A stretch of DNA of 64,000 bases from Phoronis australis (taxonomy: Eukaryota > Animalia > Phoronida). The notes beneath the pieces are model-generated. The model had not been told where the DNA came from. It worked only from the letters and a program-made list of their open reading frames with translations, and ran no database searches. A program made the position numbers and the translations under genes. Position 1 is the first letter of the stretch; the number at the start of each line of letters is the position of its first letter. Location of the stretch: NCBI GenBank assembly GCA_002633005.1, contig NMRA01000270.1:394345-458344 (forward strand). Reading direction: 5' to 3'. This document shows, in pieces, positions 28,982-42,614 of the stretch.

Positions 28982-31900
28982 TACATGGTCATCCAAAATT
29001 TTCCACTTCTTAGCTCTGCTCCGTTGTTATCACTCATCATCATGATATAACCCCCTGTCCAGACTCTTATTAGGCCATCACCCCCCTCCAGTAAAATTGG
29101 CCTTGACTTCTTCCTTTGCTCAGATGTGAAATAATTTGTGATTCTGCAAATGACATGTAGTTGAGACCATGGTCAGCAAATAAAGTGTTGTGGCCAGTCA
29201 ACTTGTAGAGGTTGGCAATAATTAACTGGTTTCTTATCTTAATTGTCTGAGGAGTGCTATGTTAGGCAATGATATTGCATCATATCAACTTGTTCTATGT
29301 GGTCTGTTCTATGTGAATCACTGTGGTGTAAACTTCACTTTAGATGGTATCACTGAGCAACTGTATGCATTGGCTTTATACTGGTCAGCTGTCAGACAGT
29401 TCCCTATGCCAGCCTGTACCTATTGTTTGTATTACACTGTCTCCTATTAGCCACTAACCTATTAGATCTCTTGAACATTTAGCTTTGATTTATTCAATCA
29501 GTACATGTTGTACCTTAATCTACCCTCATTTCTGCCTGGGACTACACTAGGCCTTTTGTTCTCTGTTGTTCCCTTGTTTACATCTTTGACACTTCTTTTT
29601 CATTGGCTATTCCTTCTACACTTCTACCATATGATTGGTTGGTTGTTGGGTATCTTCCAGTAAGGTTTTGATGAGTTTTCACTTTCTCCCAAACTTCTGC
29701 CCAAGATACCAGTCCTGTATTATGTCTCAATAGACATTCTCTTATCTCCATCCTTGGAACTGATGGCTGGTTTTACTATCACATGAACACAGGATGCAAG
29801 CAGAACTTTCAGGATGTGGTGATGGGGAATTGTGTCCATTTTTTGTGTTGTTTTAGGATTCTTGTGCTGATCAACAGTTTGCGAGACTTTGTGCTTTGAT
29901 GGTGGATGCAGCTAAGTTCATAGAGTCCAAGCAAAGGTAACGTGTGCTTTGAAATTATGTGTGGTGAAATTTTTCTTCTAACACATTTGTTAACTTGATT
30001 TAAAGTTGGAGGTGCCATTTACTGCAAGTTTGCACTTTCAGAAGTGGTGGCCTAAGTTTTGTAGATATTTAAAATAATTGTTAATAGTGATTGTCATTGT
30101 TTTTAATATATTTTGGAACATTTCACCACTCAATATTTTGGAACATTTCACCACTCAGTTTATCTGTGACTATATTTATCTAACCTTAAATTGCTGATTT
30201 TGTTACAATAGGGGGATAATACCTGTAACTGTGCTAATAAAGCACTGGCAAATGATTTACAGTATTGCTAGACAGTGACCACCATTTCTAGTCAGCTCAG
30301 TAGAGACTGTGTAGCGCCTATAGTAGCTTCATATGCTGAAAGCTTTTCAGCGAATTTTGCCTTACACTGACTAAAACATCAAGGTCGTGTTGTTAAAAGT
30401 ATCTTTTGGGCATAGATAATTCCTTCCAACTCGAACAAATATGCCCGTTATCAAACTTTTTCTTTGAGCAGTCCTTCGTTCAGTTCCCAAAATCGGCAAC
30501 TGAATATTTTTACACTGCATACGCCAGGGGGTATGAGGTCATACCACCTGCCATATCAAAAGTGGCAACTTGCAAATTTTGAAGTGGATATCAAAAGGTT
30601 CCTGAAGTACAATAACATGCATTTTTAATGTAATTTAATTGATGAATAAAGTCTATATCAGAAATCACATCTTTGTTACTTTTTCACATTTTGGTAAAAA
30701 AGCGTTTTTCCAATGTTAATTCCTATTGGCTAACGCGCGTCTGACGTCACTGAGGCTGTACCGAGGGTGAAGGCAATAAGATTAATCAAGCTTGTTATGT
30801 GTATAGCTCATTGGGTGAATGCCTCTTGGCTACAGAACTATGCGCAATGTTTATAATTCGTCTGCGATCTGGGCTTTCAAAAGTTCATTATACAAGTTTA
30901 TTGCCGTGAAGAGTTGACCATTAGTGGAACGATGCGGTTCTCGGCACGGGCCAGGTAAGGGCCCCGACAGCGTAGCCTTGCCTTGTGCAAGCAGTATAGT
31001 AAATATACAGCGGTCGTTGCACCAACATGGGTAAAATTGATCAAATAAAATCTGACACAAATTTAGTGTCATTAAAAATTACATTCTTCCTTTAGTAAAC
31101 TAAATTATTGACTGGTGTTGAAAAAATTGGTGTTCTGCCATTCACTCTGCTGCTAAAATTTGGGTGCGCTCTTTAAGGTCAGCTTTCGGCGCCGTCACCT
31201 GTTGCCGTATTGGCCAATTTCGTTGCCCGAGTTTTCTTCTTCCAAGCGATCGAACTTTCTTCAAAGTTGTGTACAAGTCATAAAAAATTACTACAGCTGA
31301 GTTCATTTCCTTACAAGTTTTTAGTGTTTTAATACTGTGAAACCGAATTTCATAAAAAATTTTGCTCTTGCGAAGCTGTCACCATTTCCCGACAGATGTC
31401 GCAAAATTTTAGGAAGTAGCGTGTGTTGATCGTACTATTTTCTTTGTTACAAAATGCTGAGAATTATGAAGTAAAATAACCTTTACTAGATTCTTTATCA
31501 CTTAAATGGCTCCAGTGGGCAAGGTGAGTGTCGATTGACATCTAGATATTTGCTCGCTGATGAGGTGTCGAGCAGAACTATCCAATTTTGGAGTCCAATG
31601 GAGCTCAACACACAGTGCTACTGGTACCTAGTTGTATTTTGAAGATAGTCTTCATAGAGCTTGCTGGCTGGCTCTTGCAATGAATCAAAGTCAGGAAAGA
31701 TAAACAAAAGAGGTTGTTACTATGCACATGTTGGTCTGTCTGAATGACCTATATCTCTTTGTGCTGTACAGCCTCAGTTACGTCACGAAAAACGGCGCTC
31801 GCAGTGGGGCTTTACGAAACTAATAAATTTTTACTTTTCAAAGTAAAAAAGAAAAATACTGTGCACCAGTTAGGAATATGTGGATGCCAGTAACCAACTT

Positions 31901-32043
31901 TTATACTTTCAAAATTCATATTATAATGCTGAAACATGTAGTTCAGGCCTCTTTTAAGCCCGACTAGTAGGCTGTGCCTATTTTGTGACTCTCTTGCTTC
32001 TTTCTATAGTCAGACTCCTGTTATAGTAATGTTTTGTCTTTAG

Positions 32044-33204
32044 GTCACCAGCGTCTATTGTGATGTCATCGTCCACGACAACCAAGAACTGGAGTGTATG
32101 TAAACAGTTCTGTGTCAGTATGTGGGAAAGTGGAGGTAAGTGGAGTCTTGTTGAAACTGTGTATGGCAAACAGTGAAATATCAACAAGTGGGTTGTTCAC
32201 GGTGATTGTGATGTTCTTGAAGATTCAAACGACAAAGTGCTGATTTTCAACTAGAGTGTAATTCACTTGACACTGTAAAAATTAAGATACTTCAAAATTT
32301 CCTAAATAACTACCAGATTTTATTTAGCAGGAAAAAAGTGCCACAGTCTTGTATATTTATTATTCCATTGTTGAAACTGATAATTTCATGTTGAAATTGA
32401 GAGTGTTTCTTGCATGTTATCCAGCTTCCAGTCATTGCCTCCCCTAGCTAGGGGCAGGGTTCTCAGGGACAGCTAGGGGCAGGGTTCTCAGGGACAGCTG
32501 GTGCAGTGTTCACAGATCCAACTGCCTATGTGACCTTAATAAGGGAGAACTTACAGACAAGTCTGTGTTTAGCAAGATATATTCAAACCCATAGATTTTA
32601 ACTGTAAAACTTCATATTGCCTGAAATTTCATTTCTTTTTTTACGTAGCTTCTATTAATTTGGTCACGTGACCATGATTTTTTTAGTAAATTTAGGAAAA
32701 AGAGAGGGACACTGATAAGAAAACAGCCGCATCAATAACTTCGCCAACTTTTATTTTGTTTTAATGGTCAGGGTGATATTTCAAAGTCGTTGTTGTTGTT
32801 TTTTAACTATTTCGTGTTAGCTTTTTTCAACGTTTTAGTTCTTTTTATGAAAATAGTTAAATGCAACCTTTTGACAGCCTGGTACAAAAGTGGAACATTT
32901 TAAAAACAATTCCTATGCAGCGGTCTGGAGAATGGTGCACAAGCATGGTGTAGGAATGTGTCGTATGAACCGTATCTGAGATACGATGTTGGAAATAAGC
33001 CAACTTTTTATGGTGCTGCTTAACCTTAAAACGATGGACTGACCTGTATATTTTAGAAGAGGTACAACCTGAATGTGCAGATGGTGATGGTGTGCTGTCA
33101 AGACTGGAGCTAAAGGTTGAACCCAGACAAAACAACAAGTTGGCGCTAGTGTATAGAGTAACTGACAAGACGATCTTCCTGGACAGAGTCGAGCAAGCGG
33201 TCAC
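32044..33204 (+). other. Two phase-compatible candidate exons (32044-32135, 33057-33204) of an unrecognised gene
   Basis: Canonical AG/GT sites; spliced frame MSSSTTTKNWSVCKQFCVSMWESGEEVQPECADGDGVLSRLELKVEPRQNNKLALVYRVTDKTIFLDRVEQAV is open; no family recognised. Confidence 0.3.
32447..32500. repeat. 25-bp tandem duplication
   Basis: agctaggggcagggttctcagggac twice. Confidence 0.9.
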
Positions 33205-35088
33205 GTGAGATTAGTTACCAGTTGTGGGTTGCATGAAACTTGGTAAAATGTTTCGAATGTTGCGTGGCACCACAAGCGTTGTTAGGCAACGGTTTTGTGA
33301 GTTGCGTTAGTGCGATTTCATTGTTATCCAGTGTAATCCACTTTTACGCAAGAGAAGCCAGCTTCTGCATATACCGTGTCATTAGGATGTGCTGTTGTAT
33401 AGTGTGGTAAGATGCCAGTATGGAGAAAACGAGCGTTAACACTGATAGCGATGACCCACGTCTGCTATATCAGTCGTCGGTGTTTTAAACCACACAACTT
33501 CTTATAAACCCAAACCATTGGTTCTTAGGACTTCTATTTTGGACTTGATTTTGATTGGTTAATATTGTTGGTCCCACCTGATACTGATGAGGTCATCTTA
33601 TTAACTCGCAAGGTTACACTCAGGCCATGCTTATTCTGTTGGTTGTTTCTTTTACTCCCAGCTGTCACTGTATACATCTGCAATTTCTGTGTGAGTTGTA
33701 GAACACTTTGAACTATACAGCTGGGCCGTGGAGTGCAGTCCACATGTATCCTCAGAATGACCATGGTTTGGGGTCTTGTTGGGTGAACGTTTGCGTTCAT
33801 TTTGTCTGAAATGGGTTTTATCAGCTTGACATTCCATTGGAATAGGAAATAATCTCTTACTTAGAGACGATTCAGGTTAGATGCAGACATTTCGACCTGG
33901 TCTGCCAAGCCTTTTTGGATGAATGTATGTTGCAAGACCACACTGCTTGGTGAATACTGACATCTTGTCATTACTTTGGCAAGATATCTTTGATAACTTT
34001 GAGGGATTGAGTGGCAGTATAAAGAAGCATAACTTTCACCACTTATGATACCTGGGATATTTTTTATTTTATACACCCATAACATGCATTCTTGGGTGAA
34101 TTAAATCAGCATGCTGTCCCTTGTTCGTCCAATGTCACTTTTACAGTTCAGCTTTGCAAATTCAAACTTGTAAAATACTTAAGTTTCCAGTCTGTTAAGA
34201 AAATAGTGAAGAAAAATAGATTCAAACCTAAGTCGCTAACTTGTAATAGAGTAATGTGCTTTGGGATGTTGAGTTGGGGGTTACTGCCCTGGTTGGCTGT
34301 GAATGATTGATGTGACTACTCAGGCTCTGTGTTGGGAAACCAGCATTTCTTTTAAGATGTTAATAGCCAGATAAACGTGGGTGATAAACAGTGACCCAAA
34401 TCGCAGCAACTCCGGTTGTTTTGTTCATTATCGTAATTGTCGTCATGACCATTAACACATTGCGCTAAAAATACTGTGAGGGTGTGCGTGGATGTGTGTG
34501 TGTTCTTCAAAGTTTACTCAACATAATATTTGGTAAATGTGACTTAACAATAATTGACGTTGGCTAAAGAGTAATATCACCGCGACTGCAGGTACAGCAT
34601 TAAAAAGCTAATTCAGACAGTTGTTATCTTTTCAAAGCCACAACAGTTGAGGATTATGTATCCTCATAAACGATGTAGTGCAAAAAATCCGATTTCGATT
34701 ACAAGAAAAAAGTAATGTCACCGACTCTATGCACATCATTCAAAAGCTATCTTAGACAATTTTTAACTTTGACTGTATGCACATCACAAAAGTGACGTAT
34801 TTAGACTCTTAGTCAACATACTGCCGCACTATTTTTGTGAGCATTTTTTACACTCAGTCTATTTTAACCCTTGGAGCCACATTTGTTATGTGTACAGCAT
34901 CTGTAAGACATTTTGTGGGGGGGCAAGAATGGAAGTGAACGTAAAAACGCAAATCAGAAATTTGCCAACAAAGTTTAGACTAAGAAACATCATGACTGTC
35001 CATCCAATATCAAGTCGTATTTTCATTTCAGAGTTTTGAAACTTGCTTACTGAGCCTATCTAAACATTATGATGTTAACACAAAAAAA

Positions 35089-35830
35089 CTAAAACTGTCC
35101 AGCTCCATAAGTTACCCCCTCCGTTGCAGAATGACGGGCTCGCTCTTTGCAATGCACGTTCTCTGTAGCCTCTCGTCTTGTGTGTGCTTTGTCGCTGCTT
35201 TTTCTGCTACCTGAACAGACTCTCAACTCTTTCAACATATGTCTCAGCACATTTCCCACCAATAACATCAAGTTCCAGCAAGACATCTAACAGAGCAGAG
35301 GAACCCTTGTTGTATCTCTGAACACAAATGGCTACTGCTGTGTAAACTGCGCATTAATGCCCACTTCTCCTTCGGACATGTCCGCCACAGAACTGAATGA
35401 AAAGCTTCATTTGAGTTTGATGTCTTCCCATTCAGACATCTCTTTAGTAACTGTGGGTCACCCAGTCTCTTGTAGAGAGGCACCATAGCAAGGCAGATGT
35501 CCCTGGGGAGAGGATGGGAATGAGAGGGAGGGGCTACACCTTCAGCTTTGGCTCGCTGCTAAAAGCACCACGACTCCTTGTGGTTAGCGTAAATGATGGA
35601 GGTCATTGTCTGTGCTCAGTGTATGAAAGAAATAGGCCCACAGCCTACTCCATTGCATCTATATTTCCTGCATTGTCTTTTACTGCACAGCCATAGTAAT
35701 TGGTGAGCTTCTTTATTCTCTGCTCTGTAGTTTCCCTCTGCCACCTGTCAGCTGTTTTTGAGCTGTCCTTTGCTCCATCAGTATTCTCAACTCTATCCCC
35801 ATACGCTTGGCTACATGGTTAGTGCATAAC
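35089..35830 (-). pseudogene. Kolobok-type (Pfam 'Mutator-like') DDE transposase remnant
   Basis: CTNHVAKRMG...GGRGKL, IKKLTNYYGCAVKDN and KRCLNGKTSNSNEAFHSVLWRTCPK motifs, broken by stops and frameshifts. Confidence 0.75.
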
Positions 35831-35839
35831 GTTTTATTC

Positions 35840-36947
35840 CGAGAAGGGATATTGCAACCCCATCCCTGTAAACTAGCATCGGTGTAGAACACACAGTCAG
35901 GGTCACCGAGGTACACTGGAGCAAAGCAGTGAACAACATTAGTGGTTCACCAAGATAGATCTTGATAAGCAAGTTGACTAAGGACATGAAACTCTCAAAG
36001 TTATGGCCGGGTTGCTGCAGAGCAACGTTCTTGTCTATTTCTAGCTGCTTTGTAAACAGTTGCGCATAGCGATTGCCAGGTTGGGTTGCCAGTAATGTAC
36101 CCACTAACTTTGCAACGTCCCGTACGGAGACACGATTCATACCTAAAAAATCATTAAGTGGAGAGATAATCTTCTCGGCTTTGGAGGATTGTTCTCGAGT
36201 CAATATGGAACCCTAAAGAGTCTATTTCCTGAGAAGGTGTCGAAACACTCTTAGTCTTACTGAGTGTGAAACAAAGATCTTGTAGTAATGTTGCTGTCAG
36301 TACCCCATCATTTTCACTCTTGCCAGGGTCAGAATTCACAATTAAGGTGTCATCTATGTAGGCCGTTATAGTGACATGAATGCGGCGAAGTTCCGCCAGG
36401 GGCACCTTAAGCAACTTAGTGAAGATACGCGGTCCTGAACTTAAACCATTCGGCAAAGCCGTAAATTGGTAAAGCGCGTTATCATGCCTGAATCGCAAGT
36501 ATTTCCAGTGATGTTTGGCTATTGGGATGCTATAATAAGCGTCGGACAAATCTAAGCTGATTAAGTAACAATCCTGCGTCACTAAGCGAAGTGCCGATTC
36601 AAAGGTATCCATTTTGAAATGATGATAAGTAACATGGTGTTTAAGGTCTTCAAATTAAGAATAAACCGAAACTCATTTGCAACTTTCTTAGGTCGGAGAA
36701 AAACGGGAGTCATAAATTGTCCAGGAGAGTGAGGACAGCATTCAATGACTTGTTTAGCCAGCATGGATTGAATTTCCCTACGCAGGAACTGTTGCTCAAG
36801 TGGCGAAAATTTTGCTTTGATACCTGGTTGTGTTTGGGTAGGAAGCAGGTCAAATTCAATTTCATAGCCGGTGACAATGGCCAGTATGCGAGGATCCTTA
36901 GTAATTTGACGCCACTTAGGGACACAGTAATTAACCCCTCTGGCCAA
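35840..36947 (-). pseudogene. DIRS reverse transcriptase and N-terminal RNase H, frameshifted
   Basis: ORFs 36582-36947, 36154-36612, 35811-36203 and 35713-35916 carry consecutive RT/RH motifs in different frames. Confidence 0.9.
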
Positions 36948-38876
36948 GGAGGTCTCAAGGTCAGAGAGGATATTTTACTTACGGAGGATGAGTCTATTTC
37001 CGGTTGGCAGTCGGTCTGGTGGCTGTGTTTGGCTTCCATGACGGTTGCTGTTTGTGTGTGTACTGTTGGCCTGTCAAGAGACAATGCAAGAGCATTAGTA
37101 GCAGATTGACAAACGTGTCCACTACAAGCTGCATCCCGCATAAAATTCGGTGCATTCGACAGTACAAAGTAATGCTTACCTAAGAAGGGGCGATAGCCGT
37201 GTTGTGTCTGGCGCTGATAGGCCCATCTGTAGGAGGCAGGGTAGGGCGACGGCCGGCGTGTCGTGTGTCTCGCAGTAATGGGAGACCGGGCCAGATTAAG
37301 GGCCTGAGAGGCCTGCTTACACTTCTCCCCCAACTGGTCTCCAAACAGGAGCTTGTCGGAGGTACTGGCCCTGTTGAGCGCCGAATGGTACTTGGAGTTA
37401 AGATTTGGTTTGATAATGTCCCGTCGAGTAGAATTAATCTTTGCACTAGCATACCCCAGGAGACCTAGCGCGTCCACAGTATTATCCACCAAGTCCTTGG
37501 CATTTAGGTGTTTGGGAGCTGTGGTTATCAGGGTGTCAACGAGTTTAGTCTGGGGAATGGCCGCCCTGGCTATTGCCAATAGCGGAGTTGCAACGCCGCC
37601 ATATTGGAAATGGGTCAGAATGTTGCATTGTGGTTACAATGGTAAACTTCAGTAAACAAGTATGTTGGCAACCGTGCGGGCGAACGGGCTACGGGGAGGT
37701 TATACGTGTTGTGTGCCTGGCATGCTATAATACCAGTTAGCGAAATAAAAAAATTAGTTACTACCTGTTTCCCAAGGATCAAGAACTGCGTTAAACATGG
37801 GTCAGAGACATCGGTAGAGCTGGTAGCAAAGGCCGACTTCGTGAATTCTTTCCGACTTCGTAGCATAAAGTGTGCAGCGCTCATTTTGAGGGCGGCAAGA
37901 AAACGTATCTTAGAAACTGCCCAACAATATCTCCCTTCAAAGAAACAGTAACAAATACTCCACGGCGGTTGGTAGTNTTAGGTCGGAGAAAACGGGAGAC
38001 ATAAATTGTCCAGGAGAGTGAGGACAGCATTCAATGACTTGTTTAGCCAGCATGGATTGAATTTCCCTACGCAAGAACTGTTGCTCAAGTGGCGAAAATT
38101 TTGCATTGATACCTGGTTGTGTTTGGGTAGGAAGCAGGTCAAATTCAATTTCATAGCCGGTGACAATGGCCAGTATGCGAGGATCCTTAGTAATTTGACG
38201 CCACTTAGGGACACAGTAATTAACCCCTCTGGCCAAGGAGGTCTCAAGGTCAGAGAGGACCATGGATATTTTACTTACGGAGGATGAGTCTATTTCCGGT
38301 TGGCAGTCGGTCTGGTGGCTGTGTTTGGCTTCCATGACGGTTGCTGTTTGTGTGTGTACTGTTGGCCTGTCAAGAGATAATGCAAGAGTATTAGTAGCAG
38401 ATTGACAAACGTGTCCACTACAAGCTGCATCCCGCATAAAATTCGGTGCATTCGACAGTACAAAGTAATGCTTACCTAAAAAGGGGCGATAACCATGTTG
38501 TGTCTGGCGCTGATAGGCCCATCTGTAGGAGGCAGGGTAGGGCGACGGCCGGCGTGTCGTGTGTCTCGCAGTAATGGGAGACGGGCCAGATTAAGGGCCT
38601 GAGAGGCCTGCTTACACTTCTCCCCCAACTGGTCTCCAAACAGGAGCTTGTCGGAGGTACTGGCCCTGTTGAGCGCCGAATGGTACTTTGGAGTTAAGAT
38701 TTGGTTTGATAATGTCCTGTCGAGTAGAATTAATCCTTGCGCTAGCATACCCCAGGAGACCTAGCGCGTCCACAGTATTATCCACCAAGTCCTTGGCATT
38801 TAGGTGTTTGGGAGCTGTGGTTATCAGGGTGTCAACGAGTTTAGTCTGGGGAATGGCCGCCCTGGCTATTGCCAAT
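36688..38876. repeat. Near-identical duplication of about 0.9 kb of DIRS gag/pol (36688-37580 vs 37978-38876)
   Basis: Direct sequence match; a single n at 37977 marks the junction. Confidence 0.9.
37581..37976. mobile_element. End of a DNA element inserted in DIRS gag (possibly ISL2EU/Harbinger-like)
   Basis: Copy A reads gccaat|agcggagttgc, copy B reads gccaat|tgtgc (empty site); family call is an inference from the AT|AG terminus. Confidence 0.45.
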
Positions 38877-39735
38877 TGTGCAGACTTCAACTGGCCCTCT
38901 TTGAATTTCAGTTTTGTGGTTTTGCACTACGTCTGCGATTTCCTCGTTCAATTCAGTCTTGTGGACTGTGATGTTGTCGGGCCGGGGATGTTTATCATGC
39001 GCCTACTTTATGTCGAAGGACTTATCACGCTCCCACAGGGAGTTGACGAGGGACGCAACAGCGTCCGATACTGGTGGCGCTTGTTCCTCGGATTGGTCCG
39101 CCAAATGGGAAGCCAGCAACCCGACAAACGGCGGCTCAGAACTGTGGGGGAGAGGCGCTCCAGAAAGTGGCAGGTCCGGCGAGGTGAGAAGGAGGACATG
39201 TGCAGTGTCAACTTACCATATTTGAAGGCAAGTACCCCATCCCGTTTAACTCAGGGCTTTTAATCACCTGGGCCTGTGCACAAGATCCCGAGAGATGCGC
39301 ACCCATCCTCCAGGAGGGTACCCTTTGTGTACTGAAATCTCGTGATTTCAAATGCCACTTGTGTTCTTGTTAAATATCTTTGTCAATTCCCTTTTGGTCT
39401 GAGGTTTCTTGTAACAACCCAACAAAACGCAATTTAACTTGATGAAAGGTAGACATTAAATATCAACAGGACGCAACAGCTTAGAAAAATTTTATCCCTA
39501 ATAGGATCGACAACCAAATATCCCGACGAAGCCAAGCTGAAGGAAACTTCAGCTTAAAGGTGTTCGTGCTTTTCTTTAACAACAGTTATCCAAGTGTAAC
39601 TCGAGTACATTGACTTTTTGGGGTGCGTGTATTCGAATGAAACATACTATTGCATCAAGGTGTATGCAGTGTTATCAAACATACAATTATGAAACTGCAT
39701 TTGACATTTTACATTTAATGCTTAGAGAAATCTCT

Positions 39736-39920
39736 TACTGAAGCCACACCAAGGAGTGGACGCTCTTGCACCCGCAGTGCACGTGTGCAGCCTCGCATTG
39801 TTCGGTGGGATTCACGCTCAGGCAGTATTGGTGTAACCACATCCCACAGTCGTCACATTGGATCCAATCCCGCTAGGTGCAGTTCTGGCAGTGACCAAGC
39901 GACTGGGCTTAGCAGCTGTT
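39736..39920 (+). repeat. Interspersed repeat of about 185 bp, copy 1 (others at 47424-47608 and 54035-54219)
   Basis: gtggacgctcttgcaccc...gtgaccaagcgactgggct shared by three loci; flanks of copy 1 differ. Confidence 0.9.
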
Positions 39921-41721
39921 TTTGCGAGTGTTTCTTCCGCGTGACATACAAGGTACTATGTGACATAGCCTGCAAAATACATTGATGATTGAATGCACTT
40001 GGGTGCTCACATGTTATACATGGTTTATATTCTTCCGTGATTTCACTGGCTTCAAATTGTTTGTAATGTTACATAAACTTTGTCGCCATTCACACTCACT
40101 CCCCTGTTCCCCAAAGTTACGGACAATTATTACTTCATCCAAACACTTACTAGAGCGGGTGTGACCTAACAGGTACAAGGAGCCCTAACGATTATGAAAT
40201 TTTGTTGCTACCTGATAACTGTAGAGTCAAGCTGTTTGTCACTCCGTATTATCTTTCTCCACAGTTGTGGACAATACCAGTGTGATAGCCATTGTGCATT
40301 TTTGATATGAAATTAACTTAACGGAAGATTATTTAGAACGTTGGGAATCCTCACATCCACAGCGACACAGCGTTTTATTTATTAAATGTGACCTTTTCCC
40401 CTGCACCTTGAAAGAATTGTAGGCATATTGGATGTTTATGCCTACAAAATTACTTTTTGCGACAATCCAAACTTAATTCAAATAGCAAGGAATAATATCT
40501 CATTGTAATTAACAATATCTCAATGGCAATTTCAAGAAGCAACCATTACCACTCCGTTGGGCACATGTATATCTTTAGGGTGGATAATATGGAACTGTAC
40601 CCGGATGAAAGAGTCAACATTTCATTTAACGCATTTTATTTAACACTACAACTAATATCATACAACAAATTGCTGGTAGTTTAGTTATCCTCTACGACAG
40701 TCATTTCTGTAATCAAACCTCTTTTTATGGTAGCGATAATGGCGAATGGATAATTTGGCATCTCTTTCGGCTTTCGACATTCGCTGTCAATCTTAAAAAT
40801 ACTGTGATCCGTTGAGATAATGGTGCTGCAAACGATATGTTTTAGAAACAGTAAATCTGACGATATTTTCAATAAATTCTTTCATTATTCAAAGTGAATA
40901 ACTGTCACTTTAGCATCCCCACCGGTTTGTGCGTTCCATGCCTCTATAAAGTCGCAAAGCAAAGCAGTCCAAGTACCTGAGTGGCAGCTCCCCAGTCTTG
41001 AGTGTCTCCTCTCGGAGTACTCTATGAACAAGGCTTTACCTTGACATGGAGCCAGTTTCAATGGTACTCATAATGTCGTCTGTTGTACTTTCGTAGCAAC
41101 AACTTGTTGCTTCATCTCTTTCTTGATATTTATCAAGTACCTTTAGGAATGTGTTACCACAAGAGAATAGGTTACACTGGTTATTGCTTTTCCATTTTTA
41201 ACACTTAAAATCTTGCTCCAAAATTTCTAATCCAATGACCCAGTTTAGGTAAAGAATGGACGTTGATACACTGGGCACGGGCTAACTTGTACAAAAAACA
41301 GGTATTGGAATGACCAACGAAAAAAAGGAAAAATCTCCCAGATGATGTTTCGTTCCACAAATATATACGTTTGTATGATAGATATAGGTTTAACAACCCC
41401 CTCACCTATAAAATTTGGCACCTTTTAACTAAACATTCGTAGTGCGCTATGTCGCCTCGTTTACCGTGCTAACATGCGAAAATAGATTTTTTTCTTAACT
41501 GTGTGAAAAAATCTCATATTACTCAGTGTGACTTCATTAAATTTATGTGTGCATCATTAATCACAGGCACTGCATGCACTGTTATGCGACACTTTTAGTT
41601 TTGCAGTTAGCTTATGTGTGACAAAATCCAAAAACCTGGAGCAGTTTAATGTAGGCTGTGCATTGATGCTTTTGCTGTCCCTGCTCATAAGCTAAAGTGA
41701 ACAGTTCATTTTAAGCAGTTG

Positions 41722-41756
41722 CTGACTTCGACATTTGCTACATTCCTCCCTTCCCT
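41722..41756 (-). other. Polypurine tract plus truncated 3' LTR
   Basis: AGGGAAGGGAGGAA (41743-41756) directly followed by TGTAGCAAATGTCGAAGTCAG, 20/21 identical to the start of the 5' LTR at 46372. Confidence 0.8.
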
Positions 41757-42614
41757 AAAGAAAAGGAGTGGAGCCCTTATAGCAAATGGCGGACGTCATT
41801 CCAAACATCTAAACATAAACCCTTGACTAAGATAACAGTGACAAGACCTTAAACCCTATAACTAACATGATGAGGAGTGACCTTGTAAAGTAAGAATTAC
41901 TGGTTAAAATTTAATCCAACTATTCCCCCCCACCAAAAAAAAACAAATACTAATGAGACACACAGTCATAGCATATATCCACTATAGTAGTCGAACATGA
42001 CTAAAAAATAAAAAAAGAAAAATATGCTCCACTAATACCAGTACCAGGGAGCATAGAATTTCTGGACTATGCTATGACAACACTCTGATTGTTGGTGATG
42101 ACCTGGCGCGAGAATATATACAAAAAACTGAACAAAGAAATGCATACTGGCCATAAAATGAGTATTCATTATACTTTAGTAGTGATGCACTGAGATATAA
42201 AATGATATAGTCTTTCATAACATATATAGACTATATAGAAAACTTAACTTAATATACAAAAATAAACTATATAGTAACAACTAATACATAATACTATAGA
42301 AAGTAGTCTTGAATATTTAAATAGACTATATATATATATAGTATGAAAACATAACTTGTAACAAAAATATACTATATAGTTTTAACGAATAAACACTACT
42401 ATATAAAAATGGACCAGTACGCTACTTAACTTCTTATATTACTTAATACGGACATCACAATTCTCCTAGTACCAAGGGTAAGTCACAAACCCAGAGACCG
42501 TAGTCAGACTCAGAGTTTATAATAACGGGCAGTTACCCAAGGGACTAGAAGAAAACCTGGGGCATAGGTTATGACCCTGGCACACCAGGATGCTAAATCA
42601 CTTCTAACAATTTG

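Larger units (their letters stand above)
35831..39210 (-). mobile_element. DIRS-type (tyrosine recombinase class) retrotransposon, degenerate: gag, RT and start of RNase H; YR not seen
   Basis: Gag (DALGLLGYAS..INSTRRDIIKPNLN..LLFGD), pol WRQITKDPRILAIVTGYEIEF, RFILNLK, LDLSDAYYSIPI, FTALPNGLSSGPRIFTK, YIDD, RNase H FYTDASLQGWG. Confidence 0.92.
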
